DNA from: Hemiscyllium ocellatum
Taxonomy: Eukaryota
Assembly: GCF_020745735.1 (NCBI RefSeq)
Contig: NC_083409.1
Span: 15,781,873 to 15,845,872, forward strand
DNA: 64,000 bases
Reading direction: 5' to 3'
A model generated the notes under the pieces. That model saw only the letters and a list, made by a program, of their open reading frames with translations, did not search any database and had not been told where the DNA came from. The translations under genes were made by a program, and so were the position numbers. Below, one piece after another: positions 37,130 to 49,227 of this stretch (the stretch's first letter is position 1; every line of letters starts with the position of its first letter).

Positions 37130-37810
37130 AGAGTCAGAGATTTGTACAGCACGGAAACCAAGCCTTCAATCCAACTCATCAATGCTGACCAGATATCTTA
37201 AATTAATCTAGTCCCCTTTGCCAGCACTTAGCCCATATCCCTCTGAACTCTTCCTATTCATATACCCATCCAGATGTCTTTTAAATGCTGCAATTCTACC
37301 AGCCTCCACCACTTCCTCTGGCAGCTCATTCCATACATGTACCACCCTCCAAATGAAAAGGTTGGCTCTTAGGTCCCTTTTAAATCTTTCCCCTGTCACC
37401 TTCAACCTATGCCTTCTAGTTTTCAACAGCCCCACTCTGGAGAAAAGATCTTCTCTATTCACCCTATCTATGCACCTCATGATTTTATGAACCACTATAT
37501 TGTCACCCCTCAGCCTCCAAAGTTGCAGGGAAAATAGCTTCAGCCCATTCAGCCTCTCCAGATAGCTCAAACCCTCCGACCCTAGCAACATCATTGTAAA
37601 TCTTTTCTGAAGCATTTTAAGATTTACAATATTATTCCCGAAGCAGGGAGACCAGAATTGCCCACAGTGTTTCAAAAGTGCCCTAACCAATGTCCTGTAC
37701 AGCCGCAACAGCTCCCAACTCCAAGACGTAATGCACTGCCCAATAAAGGAAAGCAAACCGAACAACATCTTCACCACACTATCGACCTGCAACTCCACTT
37801 TGAAGGAACT
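37130..37810 (-). mobile_element. CR1 LINE 3' end
   Basis: ORF 37208-37867(-) RLYRTLVRALLKHCGQFWSP...VVHVWNELPEEVVEAG. Confidence 0.9.
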
Positions 37811-39776
37811 ATACTTTTTTTTTTGAATGAACTGGGAATCCTTCAGTTGTGAAAGATGCCATTCCATGACACCATTGGAGGAAGAGCAGGCAGTTCCCCT
37901 AGTGCCCTGGTTAAGACTTATCCCCCAATTAAAATCAACAAAAATCTATTTCCCTGCTAATTATCATAATTTGTTTGGGATCTTACTGTGCAGAGTCTGC
38001 TGGAAAGAGCCATTGGGGCATCCTGAGTTAGGGACAGGTGCTACACAAATTCAAGTCTTTCTTTAAGGTTGGAGCTTCCTGATCCTGACCCTCACCCATT
38101 GTCCGTGTACTCTCACTTTCCAGGGGTCATTGAGTCATTAGGAGAAGTGACCTTGTCTGACCCTGGGGCAGTGAGACTCTTTGTAGCCTCACCCTTGACC
38201 TCAGCCCATTGGTGTGCAGCAAGGTTTGAAATGTAATCTGGAACCTTCCACATGGACACCCAATGAAGTGTGTGGATCCAAGTCTGCTCCAATGTTCTCG
38301 GATAAAGCTCTCCTGATCTGTGGGTGATAGCAGGTTTGTTAACAACGTATTCGAGCTCCATCCCACTTTCCAGCTTTTGCTGCATAGCTCTGGAGGCTTC
38401 GCTGTTTCAAGTGAATATCCAAGTGTTTTTTCAATGTGATGATGGTTTGGCCTCTCCCACCCTTTCAGTCAGTGAGTCCCAGATCTCACCAGCCTCTGGG
38501 TGGAAACAGTTACTCCTCAACTCCCCTCAAGCCCTGCCCCAATTCATTTCAATCTCTCCCCATGGCTAGTGCTTCTCTGCTGATGGAAATCAGTCCTTCC
38601 TACCCACTCTGTCCAGGGCCCTCATCATTTTACACACCTCGAATGCTCCACAATTCAATATGATTATGGCTGATCATCCAACACAATCCCCTATCCTGCT
38701 TTTCCCCCACATTCTTTGATCCCTTTTATCCTCAGAACAATATCTAATTCCTTCTTGACACATACCACATCTAATTCCCTCATGCTGGAAGAATGGATGA
38801 GAATTATTGGGTTGTTATTTTTTGACCAGTATGGACACAATGGGCTGATGGGTCTTTTGGGTCTCTATGATTCTATGATTGGATATTATGAATAACTGGG
38901 TACCAAGGACTGACCCCTGTAGTATGACAATTGGTAACTACCTACCATTCAGGAAAAGACTTGTTGTTTCTGTCCTGTCTGCCAACCAGTTCCCAATCCA
39001 TGTCAGTACATGACCCCCAATCCTCTTGTTCATTGGGATTTCCCTGATTCAGTTGGACATATTTCATCCTGTCAGCTCTTTGCTTTCCTCAGGTCCTGTT
39101 CAATGTCACCCCTGCATTTTCTATCCTCCTCTCAGCTTTCTGCAGGTTTGATCTCCAGATAACCAACATCACATTCCCTGTTTGGTCTTCTCTACTCTGT
39201 TGCTTTTTGACATCCCAGGCTGAGAGTCTATATTTGGGAGTCCCACACTTACTCATTGTGGGAACAGATTCTGAACAATCTCTGTCTCATCCTTCGAGGC
39301 CTCCCACTGCCCTGACACTGATTTTCCATCATGGACTTGGTTTCAGTCCACTTTTGGTAAATCACTGCACAGTTTAGTAAAATAGTTCATTCCCAAATGA
39401 AAACTTTTACACTTGCTCCATTGTTCTCCATTTCCATCCATACTCCCAATCTCACTGAGTTCTGATCACTGTCACTGAAATGCTCCCCCATTGATAGCCT
39501 TTCCAGCTGCCCACATTCATTCCATAAATGATAGTCTAAAACTGTCCCTTCTCTTTCACCATCACCTTCTCAGGGGCAATTAGGGATGGGCAATAAATGC
39601 TAGCGCTGGCAGTGACTCTCATCTCCCAAGAAGCAATTTAAACAATACCTGTTCTTTTATCGGGTTTATTCTGCATTGACTACAAATGTTCAATAAGATT
39701 GTATTGCCAGTGAATATACTGAGAGTCAAAAGCCATTTGTTTGGCAGGGATTAAAATTCTTTCTCTTGTCTTTCAG

Positions 39777-40067
39777 GCCGTGAGAACTCTCAGCCCAAGC
39801 TGACCCTGCTGCCTCCCTCCCCGGAGCAGGTCAATGCCAAGGGCACTGCCACCCTGGTGTGCCTTGCCAATCACATCTATCCCGATGAGCTGGAGGTGCA
39901 GTGGAAGAAGGACGGTGCAGTCATTTCGGACGGGGTTCAGACCAGCAACTACCTGCGAGCTTCAGACAGCACCTACAGGAGTCCAACGCCCCTTTCTCAT
40001 GTGCCCTCACCCATGTGACCCTGCCGTCTCCCTCAGAAAGAGCATTAGGAGATCAGAATGTGTGTAG
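39777..40067 (+). pseudogene. IGKC: Orphan kappa-type constant exon, frameshifted (psi-C)
   Basis: Intact acceptor; 37-nt deletion at 39978/39979 (equals 18468-18504 of C1), premature TGA at 40016-40018, further 1-nt deletion near 40033; no V or J seen between C1 and this exon (gap excepted). Confidence 0.95.
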
Positions 40068-40589
40068 AGTGTTGGAGACAGTCCACAGAGGAGACATAAC
40101 TTTACTTAGAACAGGGCTGAACTGGCAGGACAAAGGTCATCGTTAGCACTGAATTTCAACTCTCTTCCTTGTCAGGACTGGCTCAGAGATACGTCTGTGG
40201 TTTGGATGTTGAAGTGGTCACTGCGACAGTGTCGAGAGACTTTCCGCTATGTCAAAGCTCATGCTGTCCTTGTCCGGGGAGTGTTTGATGGGGAAGTGTT
40301 GACTGTATGCCAAGTAAGATCTCTTGAAGTTGCTGAAGACTGTCAGCTGTACAAAACAATGTGAACCTCAGAAGTCTCTGCTTCAGTAAACCAGATCTTC
40401 TTCCTGCTTAGCTGTCAGTTCCAATTTAAGGTTTTGTCACTGTTTAAAGGGACAGGATTCTCATGTTATTGAGAAAATCTCCACAAGTGTTTTCCTTAAG
40501 CTCCATTGTGGCTGTGAATTTGGGCAGCTTTCTCTGTCTGGGCTGTTAATTGCAGGGTTTTTTTCTGTCAATGTGAATTTGAAAAAGGG

Positions 40590-40595
40590 AATAAA
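40590..40595 (+). terminator. PolyA signal of the psi-C paralog
   Basis: AATAAA at the position homologous to 19086. Confidence 0.6.
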
Positions 40596-40953
40596 GATGA
40601 TGATTCAGTCCCTGCCTCTGTGTGCTTTGGAAATAGATGACCTTCCCCGCCCCCCAGTTGATTGGCTGTATTTCAGCAGGTCATTGTCAAGATTGTCTGG
40701 TTGGCCTGTCAATCAATTACAATCATCAGTCATTAATCATTTTCACATAATTCCTTTGGTCAGGAATTTATGCAGGTTACAAGATTCCAAAAAGAACAGA
40801 AACTGAAAGTTGTTAGGACTCAATAAGTACAATCCGACGCATTCCCTCCAGGCCCAGCTGATGGGATTGCACTGTGCAATCTCTGCGGCGTGTTGGGTAG
40901 CCCCTGAAACAATCTTCAGCCATTCACAGACATTGTCGGCTGTGTCTCTCACA

Positions 40954-41113
40954 ATGTGAGTGTTTTACTTTATGCTGCCTGTAGGTGTCTCTCTCAGTGC
41001 GAGTGTGTTACTCTGTGCTGCCTGTAGGTGTCTCTGTCAGTGTGAGTGTGTTACTCAGTGCTGCTCTCTCTCAGTGTGAGTGTGTTACTCTGTGCTGCCT
41101 GTAGGTGTCTCTG
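40954..41113. repeat. 43-bp minisatellite, about 4 units
   Basis: Unit TGTGAGTGTGTTACTCTGTGCTGCCTGTAGGTGTCTCTCTCAG; third unit shortened. Confidence 0.9.
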
Positions 41114-41936
41114 AGGTCTGTGTCTCCGAGCGATGGATTGAGAATGGGCTTTGTGCTGGGGATTGAAGATGAGACTTTAATCTTCTCAAATCATGAATGA
41201 AAAACAGCTCAGCTGATTCAGTCTGAGAGGCAGTTCATTCAGATGGCCAAAGTTAAAAAGCTCACAATACCAGGTTTGAGTCAAACAGGTTTATTTGGAA
41301 GTAGAAGTACTCGTTGCGCTGTTCCTTCATCAGGTAGCTGGAGGGGCAGGATCACAGGACACAGAGTTTATAGTAAATTCAGATGGCAGCTGAGAGTGTA
41401 TTCTCGGTAAAGGAGGGGTTTCAGAGGCAGTGGGCACTGTGCTCCCAAATGTGTTGCCCAATTACAAGGGGATTTTCATGGTACAGGTTCAGAGCAGTAG
41501 TAGCTGCCTGCCAAGCCGATGCTGGCTCACCATAGTTCTATTTCAGTTGTCAATTAGCCCGAAATTAGGAGCAGCAATATTACCTTCCAGGGAGGGGCAC
41601 TGTCTGAGGGAGGGAGGTTGAATTCTTGCAGCCCCAAGAGAGGTTGCCGTGGATTAATGACAGGTATGACCACCATGAAGGTGCCAAGTTCTCTCCTCCT
41701 GTCCCAGCTGTGATGCCCCTCAGGTTAAAAATGTGACTGTGCTCCTTTAGGATGATGACCATGTTCCTGGGTGAGGTAGGGAGGGAAGGTCAGCCTCTCT
41801 CAAAGGCAGCACAAGCTGGATCGAAGGGGCATCAAGAGGCAGCATGGGGAGATTGAGGGTGACAGAAGGAGGGCATTGGTTGGCAGGTTGTTATTCAGAG
41901 TCAGGTACCAGAGTATCACTACTTCTGACAGTCCCG

Positions 41937-43100
41937 TTTTCTTTTTTTTTAGAACCTCTGACACTCCTGTTTATTTTTTTCTCTATTACCCTCACACTAC
42001 TGCCTAACTGCGGTCGTGCTTACTTTTTCCCCAGCACCCGTGTGTGTGTGCAGGTGTGAGACGCAGTGAGAGAACAAGGTGTACGAATCTTTATTCAGTT
42101 TCCACCACCAGGAAGAAAGTAAACACCCGAGTGGCCTGTGACAAGCAGTGCCCTTCACATCAAAGGGCAATGCTGTGTGATCAAACAGTGCAGCGGAGGG
42201 CAGGGATTAAATGAAAATAGAGTTAGAGGGGGAGATAATGCTCTCCACTCCCTGCAGCGCCCACCTCTCCTTGAACAACTCCACGGTGTTCATGGAGACC
42301 GCGTACTCCTTCTCCAAGGACACCCGGGCTCTAACATAACCGCAAAAGAGGGGCAGGCAGTCGGCCCTAATGACCCCCTCCACGGCCTGCTGCCTGGACC
42401 TGTTTATGGCCAGTTTGGCCAGGCCCAGGAGCAGACCCACAAGGAGATCTTCAGGCCTGCCCTCCCTCCTCCGTACCGGGTGCCCGAAGATCAGGAGCGT
42501 GGGACTGAAGTGCAACCAAAAGCAGAGGAGGAGGTTTTTAAGAAAATCTAAAAGGGAGTGCAAAAGCCCACACCCAATATATATATATGTTCCACGGACT
42601 CCACAGCACCACAGAACAAGCAGTTGGGCTGGGAGTCCGTGAACCACCGCAATCTGCAGTTGCAGGGATCGCTGCGTACACCACCCTCCACCCCAGATCC
42701 CCGAGAGAAAGGGAGAGGACTCCTGCATTGAGAGCCCTCCACTGGGGATCCCCACCACCGTGTGGCAAATGGGCACGCCAATGCGTGTCCGGACAGTGGA
42801 TGAGGGAGAAGCGGTGGACGGTGTGCAGCAGCAGTCGATACAGGGCCCGCCTCTTCACATCCTTAAAAGGGACAAAATTAAAATTCCAGAGACGGCTCTG
42901 GTTGTGGGACACAGGCTCCCGAGGGAAGTACGGGACCTTGGGGCTAATGTGAAACTCCGTCCGGGCTGGGTGAGCGCGGACAGGATCCCACCGCACACCT
43001 GAGCATCCTCCAACTGGTGCACTACGTCGGGTCCGAGCACCGCCGTTTGACAGACCCCTTTTGATCTGTCAGCCAGGACTCCCTGATTGGACAAGGTTAA
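41937..43100 (-). mobile_element. 5'-truncated L1/Tx1-clade LINE (ORF2 C-terminus, 3'UTR, A-tail)
   Basis: ORFs 42538-42996(-) and 42207-42776(-): C/H-rich zf-RVT-like region, LLLGLAKLAINRSR, RARVSLEKE; A-rich tail at about 41937-41950. Confidence 0.8.
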
Positions 43101-43289
43101 CTGTCCCTGTCAGGGAACTCATATTATATATAAAAGAATAAAACGTTTATAAAACAAGAATCTCAAGAGCTAAATGGCACTAGACAAAATGAATTTTTTG
43201 AAAGGTTTCATTATGAACACCACAAATGAGATTTGGTGAAGAACATTTTCACTCAGTGGGTGGGGGGAATCTGGAATGGACTGTCATAG

Positions 43290-43580
43290 AATCTTTCCTG
43301 TGAGGAAACAGGTTATTTGGCCCAACAAGTCCACACTGACCCTTGGAAGAGGAACCCACCCAAGACCCAATCCCCTATCCCATTACTCTACTTTTGCCCT
43401 GACTAATGAACCTAACCTACACATCCCTGATCACTATGGGCAACTTAGCACAGCCAATTCACATAAGCCGCACGACTTCAGACTGTGGAAGGAAACCCAG
43501 AGCACCCAGAGGAAACCTACTTGGAGAATATGAAAACTCCACACACACAGTTGCCTGAGGCTGGAATTGAACCCGGGTCA
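43290..43580 (-). mobile_element. Older HE1/V-SINE
   Basis: Diverged match to the SINE at 26152. Confidence 0.75.
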
Positions 43581-44039
43581 AAACACTCAGACTGGCCTTG
43601 ACTTCACTCCAGCTTTTGCATCTATCTCTGGCCCCGCCCACTCTGCAACCAAGACTCCGACTACATTTCCCAGAGTCATCCTGAGTCCAACTGCCTACCT
43701 GCAGCCAGCCAGCACACTTGCTCTCCCTCCTCACCCATACACCCCCACAGTGCACCCTATCCCTCCACTTCTCTCTCTCCATTTCATCCCCATCTTCCCA
43801 CTCCCCCACCTCACTCCACAACCCACCTCCGCCCCAATCTCCTTTCTTTCCCACACCCATTCCCCAGTGCTACATCACAATTAACCCTCACCCACCACAT
43901 GCCTTCACCCTTCCCCCCTCCCCTCCTTCAGCCAACTTGGGCCCTCCCCAGAAACCTCACCCCCGAGCCTTGCCCCATATTTACTATCTCCCCCCAACCC
44001 CCCGACCCCGAACTCTCTGAGGCCAAAAGGTCCATCCTC

Positions 44040-46440
44040 AAGAAAAGGCTCACAGACATTCCTGCCTGACCCCCATCTCAACGAAACTCGCACCCACCAG
44101 GACGTGGAGCTCTTCTTCCGGCGCCTCTACCTCCGTGTCTTCTTCTTTAACAAAAACTCCCAACCTCCCTCTGAGGACCCCTCCTCCCACCTCCAACCTT
44201 CCTCCTCCATTTGGCCAACCCCCCATCCCCCACCACCAGTTGTATACACATCTTCGACCTTTTCAGTGCTGACCACTGATGTGACATCAGCCACCTCAAT
44301 TTCTCCACCTCCCCCCCACCCCGTCACCCTCTCCAACCACCCCCCTCTGATTGAGGACTCCATTCTCTCCGCACCAACCCTTGGTTCACTATCAATCCCA
44401 CTGACAAAGGTGGGGTGGTGTTAGTCTGGAGAACAGAACTAAATGTCACAGAGACCGAACGCCAATTCTCCAACACCATGCCCTACTTCTCCCTTGCCCA
44501 TGACCCCGCGGTGACCCATCAGGCCAAAATCACTCGCACTATCAGTGCCCTCATTGCCTCCAGTAATCTCCCCTCTATTGTCTCCAATCTCATAATCCAC
44601 CAGCCCCACAAGGCCCAGTTCTATCTGCTCCTCAAGATCCACAAGTCCAACTCCCCCTGCCTGACCCATTGTCTCAGCATGCTCCTGCTCCACCAAGCTC
44701 CTCTCATCCTACCTCAACTCTCCTCCTTGGTTCAGGCACTTCCCACCTACATCCGCGACACCAACCACACCTTCCATCTCTTCAGTAACGTCCAGATCCC
44801 CAGCCCTGAGCACTTTATCTCCACTATGGATGTACAGTCCTTATATATATCCATACCCGATAAGGATGGCCTCCAGACCCTCCACCTTTTCGTCTGCAAC
44901 AGACCTATCCAGTCCCCCTCCGCCAATTCCCACCTCCAACTTGCTGAACTAGTCCTCACCCTCAACAACGTTTACTTTAACTCCTCCCATTTCCTCCAAA
45001 TCCAGGGGGTGGCCATGGGCACCCAGATGGGCCGCAGCTACGCCTGCTTCTTTATCAACTATGTTGTACAGTCTATCTTCAGTATCTACACAGGCACTTG
45101 TTCCAACTCTTCCGCCATTACATCAATGACTGCATCAGTGCAGTGACCTGCACACAGGCTGAACTGGAGCAGTACATCGGCTTTGCCCACAACTTTCACC
45201 CCGTCCTCAAATTCCCTTGGTCCATCTCGGACACCTCCCTCCCCTTTTTTGACCTCTCCATTTCCAATTCTGGTGATAATCTACAGACAGACATTTGCTA
45301 CAAACCCACAGGTTCCCATATCTAACTGGACTACACCTCCTCCCACCCAGTATCCTGTAAGAACTCCATCTCATTCTTCCAATTCCTCTGCCTCCGTCCC
45401 ATCTGCTCGGATGAGGAGACATTCCACTGATCACAGATGTCCAACTGTTACAAACAATGTGCTTTTCTTCCTTCTGCCATCCAATGCACCACATCTATTT
45501 CCTGTTCCACTGCTCTAAACCCACCCCCCTCTAAATACAATAAAGGCAGAGTCCCTATTGTCGTCACCTATGAACCAACCAATCTCTGAATCCAACGCAT
45601 CATTCTTAAACACTTCCATCAACTCTAACTAGACCACACCACCAAATACATCTTCCTCTCCCCACCCCTGGCTGCCTTCCACAAGGACCATTCCCTTCGA
45701 TAATTCTTGATCTGTGCCACTCGCACTGAACCATCCCGAGCAGCTCGGTAGCTTCCCCTGCAACCTGAAAATATGCAAAGCCTGTTGGTACACCAATCCC
45801 ACACCTCCATCCAGGGCCCCAAACACTCCTTCCAGGTGAGACAGAGGTTCACCTGCTTCACCTCCAACCTAGATTACTGCATCAGGTGTTCCCCATGTGG
45901 TCTTCTCTACATTGGGAAGAACAAACATAAACTGAGGAACATTTCACTGAACATCTCAGCCAGACCTGCAGGGGCTGAGCAGTCCTACCAGTCAGCACCA
46001 TTTTAATTCCCCTTCCCACTCCATTTTTGACATGACCATCATTGGCCTCCTCCATTGCCACAATGAACCAAACCACATATTGGAGGAACAACATCTCATC
46101 TTCCTTCTGGCAGCATACAGCCCAGATGACTCAACATTGAGTTCTCCAATTTCAAATAACCTCCCTTCCCATCCCCTGACTCCCTTCCCAGCACCTCTCC
46201 CTCCCTTCCACTACTCCCTTACACCTACCAGATTCATTCCTCCCACTGACCAACCAGGTCATACCCTCCACCTGTCATCACCTATCCCCACTTCATCATC
46301 CTGTCCCCCACCACCTCTTTATCTGCAGCTCTCCCTACACCCACTCCCATTCCTGAAGAAGGGTTCCACCTGAAACATCAGCTTCTTCACCGCCTGATGC
46401 TGCCTGACTTGCTGTGTTCTTCCAGCCTCCTGCCTGTCAT
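44040..46440 (+). mobile_element. Penelope-like element, longer degenerate copy
   Basis: ORF 44415-45146 (FYLLLKIHK, MDVQSLYISIP, LVLTLNNVYF, FLQIQGVAMGTQMG), GIY-YIG at 45870-45950, decayed hammerhead at 46353-46380. Confidence 0.9.
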
Positions 46441-46529
46441 TGAATGGAACCAGCAGGAAAGGGTCAGACAATCAAGGGTCAGGCTCACAAACAAATGGGG
46501 AATGGGACGTGCATTGAGACAGTCAATCA

Positions 46530-46890
46530 CAAAGAGAAGACCAAACTGGAAATGAAACACTAATCCACAGCGAATGGAATTTAATATCAGAAAGTGTGAG
46601 ACCATGAACTTGGTTCGAAATAATCTAAAGGCCGACTATTATTTAAATAGTGAGAGATTCCAACAAAGTGCAGTACAAAGTGAACTGGGTAGTATTGTGC
46701 ATGAAACACTGAAAGTTAGTGCAGGTACAGCGAGTAATTGAGAAGGCGAATTGAACTTTCACCTTTATTGTCTGGGGGTTGGAATTTAAAAGCAGAGAAG
46801 TCTTGTTAAAACTGTACGGGGTGTTAGTGAGGCTGCATCTGGGGTATTGTGTGCAATTTTGGTCTCTGTATTTAAGAAAGGATGGACAGC
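46530..46890 (+). mobile_element. CR1 LINE fragment
   Basis: EFKSREVLLKLYGVLVRLHLGYCVQFWSLYLRKD. Confidence 0.8.
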
Positions 46891-48408
46891 CGTTGGAGTC
46901 TTCCTCCAACTCCTATTTCCCATGTCCTAATGTGCTCCAATGTCCTTCCCTCACAGCGGAGCTGGTTTGTCGCCTGCCTGCAGTAGCAGCCTCTAGTCTC
47001 TGGGTGGTGCTACCAAAAGGTCTGCATTGCCCAGGCTGTCAGAGTTCCCACATTACAATAATGTCTGGTTGTTGGAAGGATTCCATTGAGTGTAAAATAT
47101 TTTCGAACATCCTAAGTTCAAGGATAGTATAACAAAAATATGATTCTCTCTCCTTTTATATTTTATCTCTATGCCTTCCCACCTGTCTCCTAACAACATC
47201 TCAGACTTGTGTAAAATCTAGAATGAATCCTGAATCTCTGGGCGAACTTACTCTGTGACAACACGGGGATTAATGACCACCTCCTCAGTGGGCTTTGAGT
47301 GTGAATGTCAATAGCACTCTCTTTGATTTGGGACTTGATCTGAGTTGTCTCCAGTTAGTCAGTGTTATTGTTCTGAGTCCAGACAGGACTGACCCCAACC
47401 CTGTGTTCTGATTGAGATGAAGGGTGAGCTGTGCTGGGCTTTCACACATGGCTTACACACACATAGTGAAGCAGGGATTACCCATTTCATGAGAGTAAAT
47501 GGAACTAACAAAATGGGTGGATGTGACACCCCCAAACTCTCCCTAAGATAGTGGGGACAGGAACAGTAATATTCTCAGATAGAAAGGATGATAGAAATGG
47601 TACCTCACAGACATAGGTGGGACAGGAAAAGGGACATTCCCGAAAGACAGGGGACAGAAACTGTCTGTTCCCTACTTTCTTGTTTTGACATATGTCCTTG
47701 GGAAATTGGTTTGGTTTATATTTTCTCAGTTGTATTTAGGTTTGATGAGGTGATTCGGGAAAAAGGATTCCAATTACATATTTCCTGTCGTAGCAGATCC
47801 ACTGAAGGTCATCCTTTCATTTGGAGCTTGCCCAGGTTTCTGTCCAGGCTGATACAGCATGGTCTACAGTGCTGCTCCTATTGGGCTAAACCATCACACA
47901 CGAGGGAATCTGACAGACACCTTCTCTTTGTGCTGGCAAAGGGAGAGATTTGCTTTTACTGCAATGGTGGCCAAAGAGATGAGTCAGTGTATGCATTTCA
48001 AGCTGAGCAGAATGTTCTGATGTTCATGATAGGATTAGCGTCGACAGTTCCCACTTGCCTTTACACTGACAGTGGAATAGGAAGTCAACACGCAGTGGTC
48101 TCCTGGCTCACACTGAGAAACCGAGTTGATGGTATAACTGCAGAGAGCAAGACAATGGCTTGGACTCACCGAACAATCAGAGGCTTCAGCCAATAACTAG
48201 ATCACAGAAAAAATGGAGTGTTGTGTAAACTCTCAGTATCTCAGGGAACAAACACAACTACTGAGCTACAAAACTGAAGAGGATATTTTTATGAAAATCG
48301 GCATTCCAAAAATGAAATCCAAACACAATATGTATAAAACTTGGGTACTATCTAATTTCAGAGACTACAGCATTTTCTTTGAAAGCTGGACAATAATGAG
48401 ATGGAAAT

Positions 48409-49227
48409 TCAGCCACCCACTCCGTCACACGGTGTTGAAGTTGCACTGTCCTCAGCATAACACGGTTCAAAGCCTTTTAATAACTCGAAAGGGGAGAGAA
48501 AGATTGCAAACTGTATTACCACGAGTGAGGATCCATTAAAAACTAAGACCATGATGTTAAATGCTCCCAGCCATAAACAACACTGATGCATTCCCATCAT
48601 TAGTTTGTTAAGTGATATTAAAAGTCTGCCAAACACTTTCATGAAGACAGAGTATTTTTTAAACCTCAAGAGGCATTAATGTTGTTTTTCAGTACCATAG
48701 CAAGAAAGCAGCAGCTGACATATAAGCTCTAACAAACTAATGATAACAGGCATTTAGTACAGAGCTGGTTCTGAGAGAAAACAGTCAACAGCAGAGATCT
48801 GTCCAGTGCTGGGAACACTTTAGACAAGGCAATTTGTTGAAAGCAAGTTACTGCAGCTTGAAAACTCCAGTACATTCAGAAAGAGAAAAAGGATGATGTG
48901 CAGATTGTTGAACAGGTCCCTACACTTGGGCCTGAGGCAGGAGCCCAAGCTCCAACACACTGGCCTCACTTCACACCAACTTTCACACAGTGCGGGGTAA
49001 TGAACTCCGGCCATCAATCCCTCTGGGACAGGGAAGGAGTGAGGGAACAGGGACAATTGTAGAAGAGTCAATAAGGAGTAAAGCAAAATGGAGAGGGTGT
49101 TTTGGAAAGGGGTTTGAGGAGGAAATATACTTTGTGCCCCTCGATACTGATATTGTCCATTTGTATCACAGAATGAACAAAACAGCACACTGTGAAGATA
49201 ATCACAAGTTACACCAAAGTACTTTTC
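48409..49227 (-). pseudogene. Unidentified decayed hydrophobic, Cys-rich reading frame
   Basis: One frame for 273 codons with three internal stops (48820, 48754, 48676); the same frame is largely kept in paralogs at 28680-29100(+) and 31525-33400(-). No family recognised. Confidence 0.4.

Noticed and set aside
19140-39776. A second V-J pair or kappa-deleting-type 23-RSS serving psi-C
   Set aside because: None of the heptamers I checked had a nonamer at 12 or 23 bp and no Ig-like frame was seen; the N gap remains unexamined.
47815-47860. Minus-strand YQPGQKPGQAP resembling Ig V framework 2
   Set aside because: No Trp, no correctly spaced Cys, no YYC or RSS; stops on both sides.
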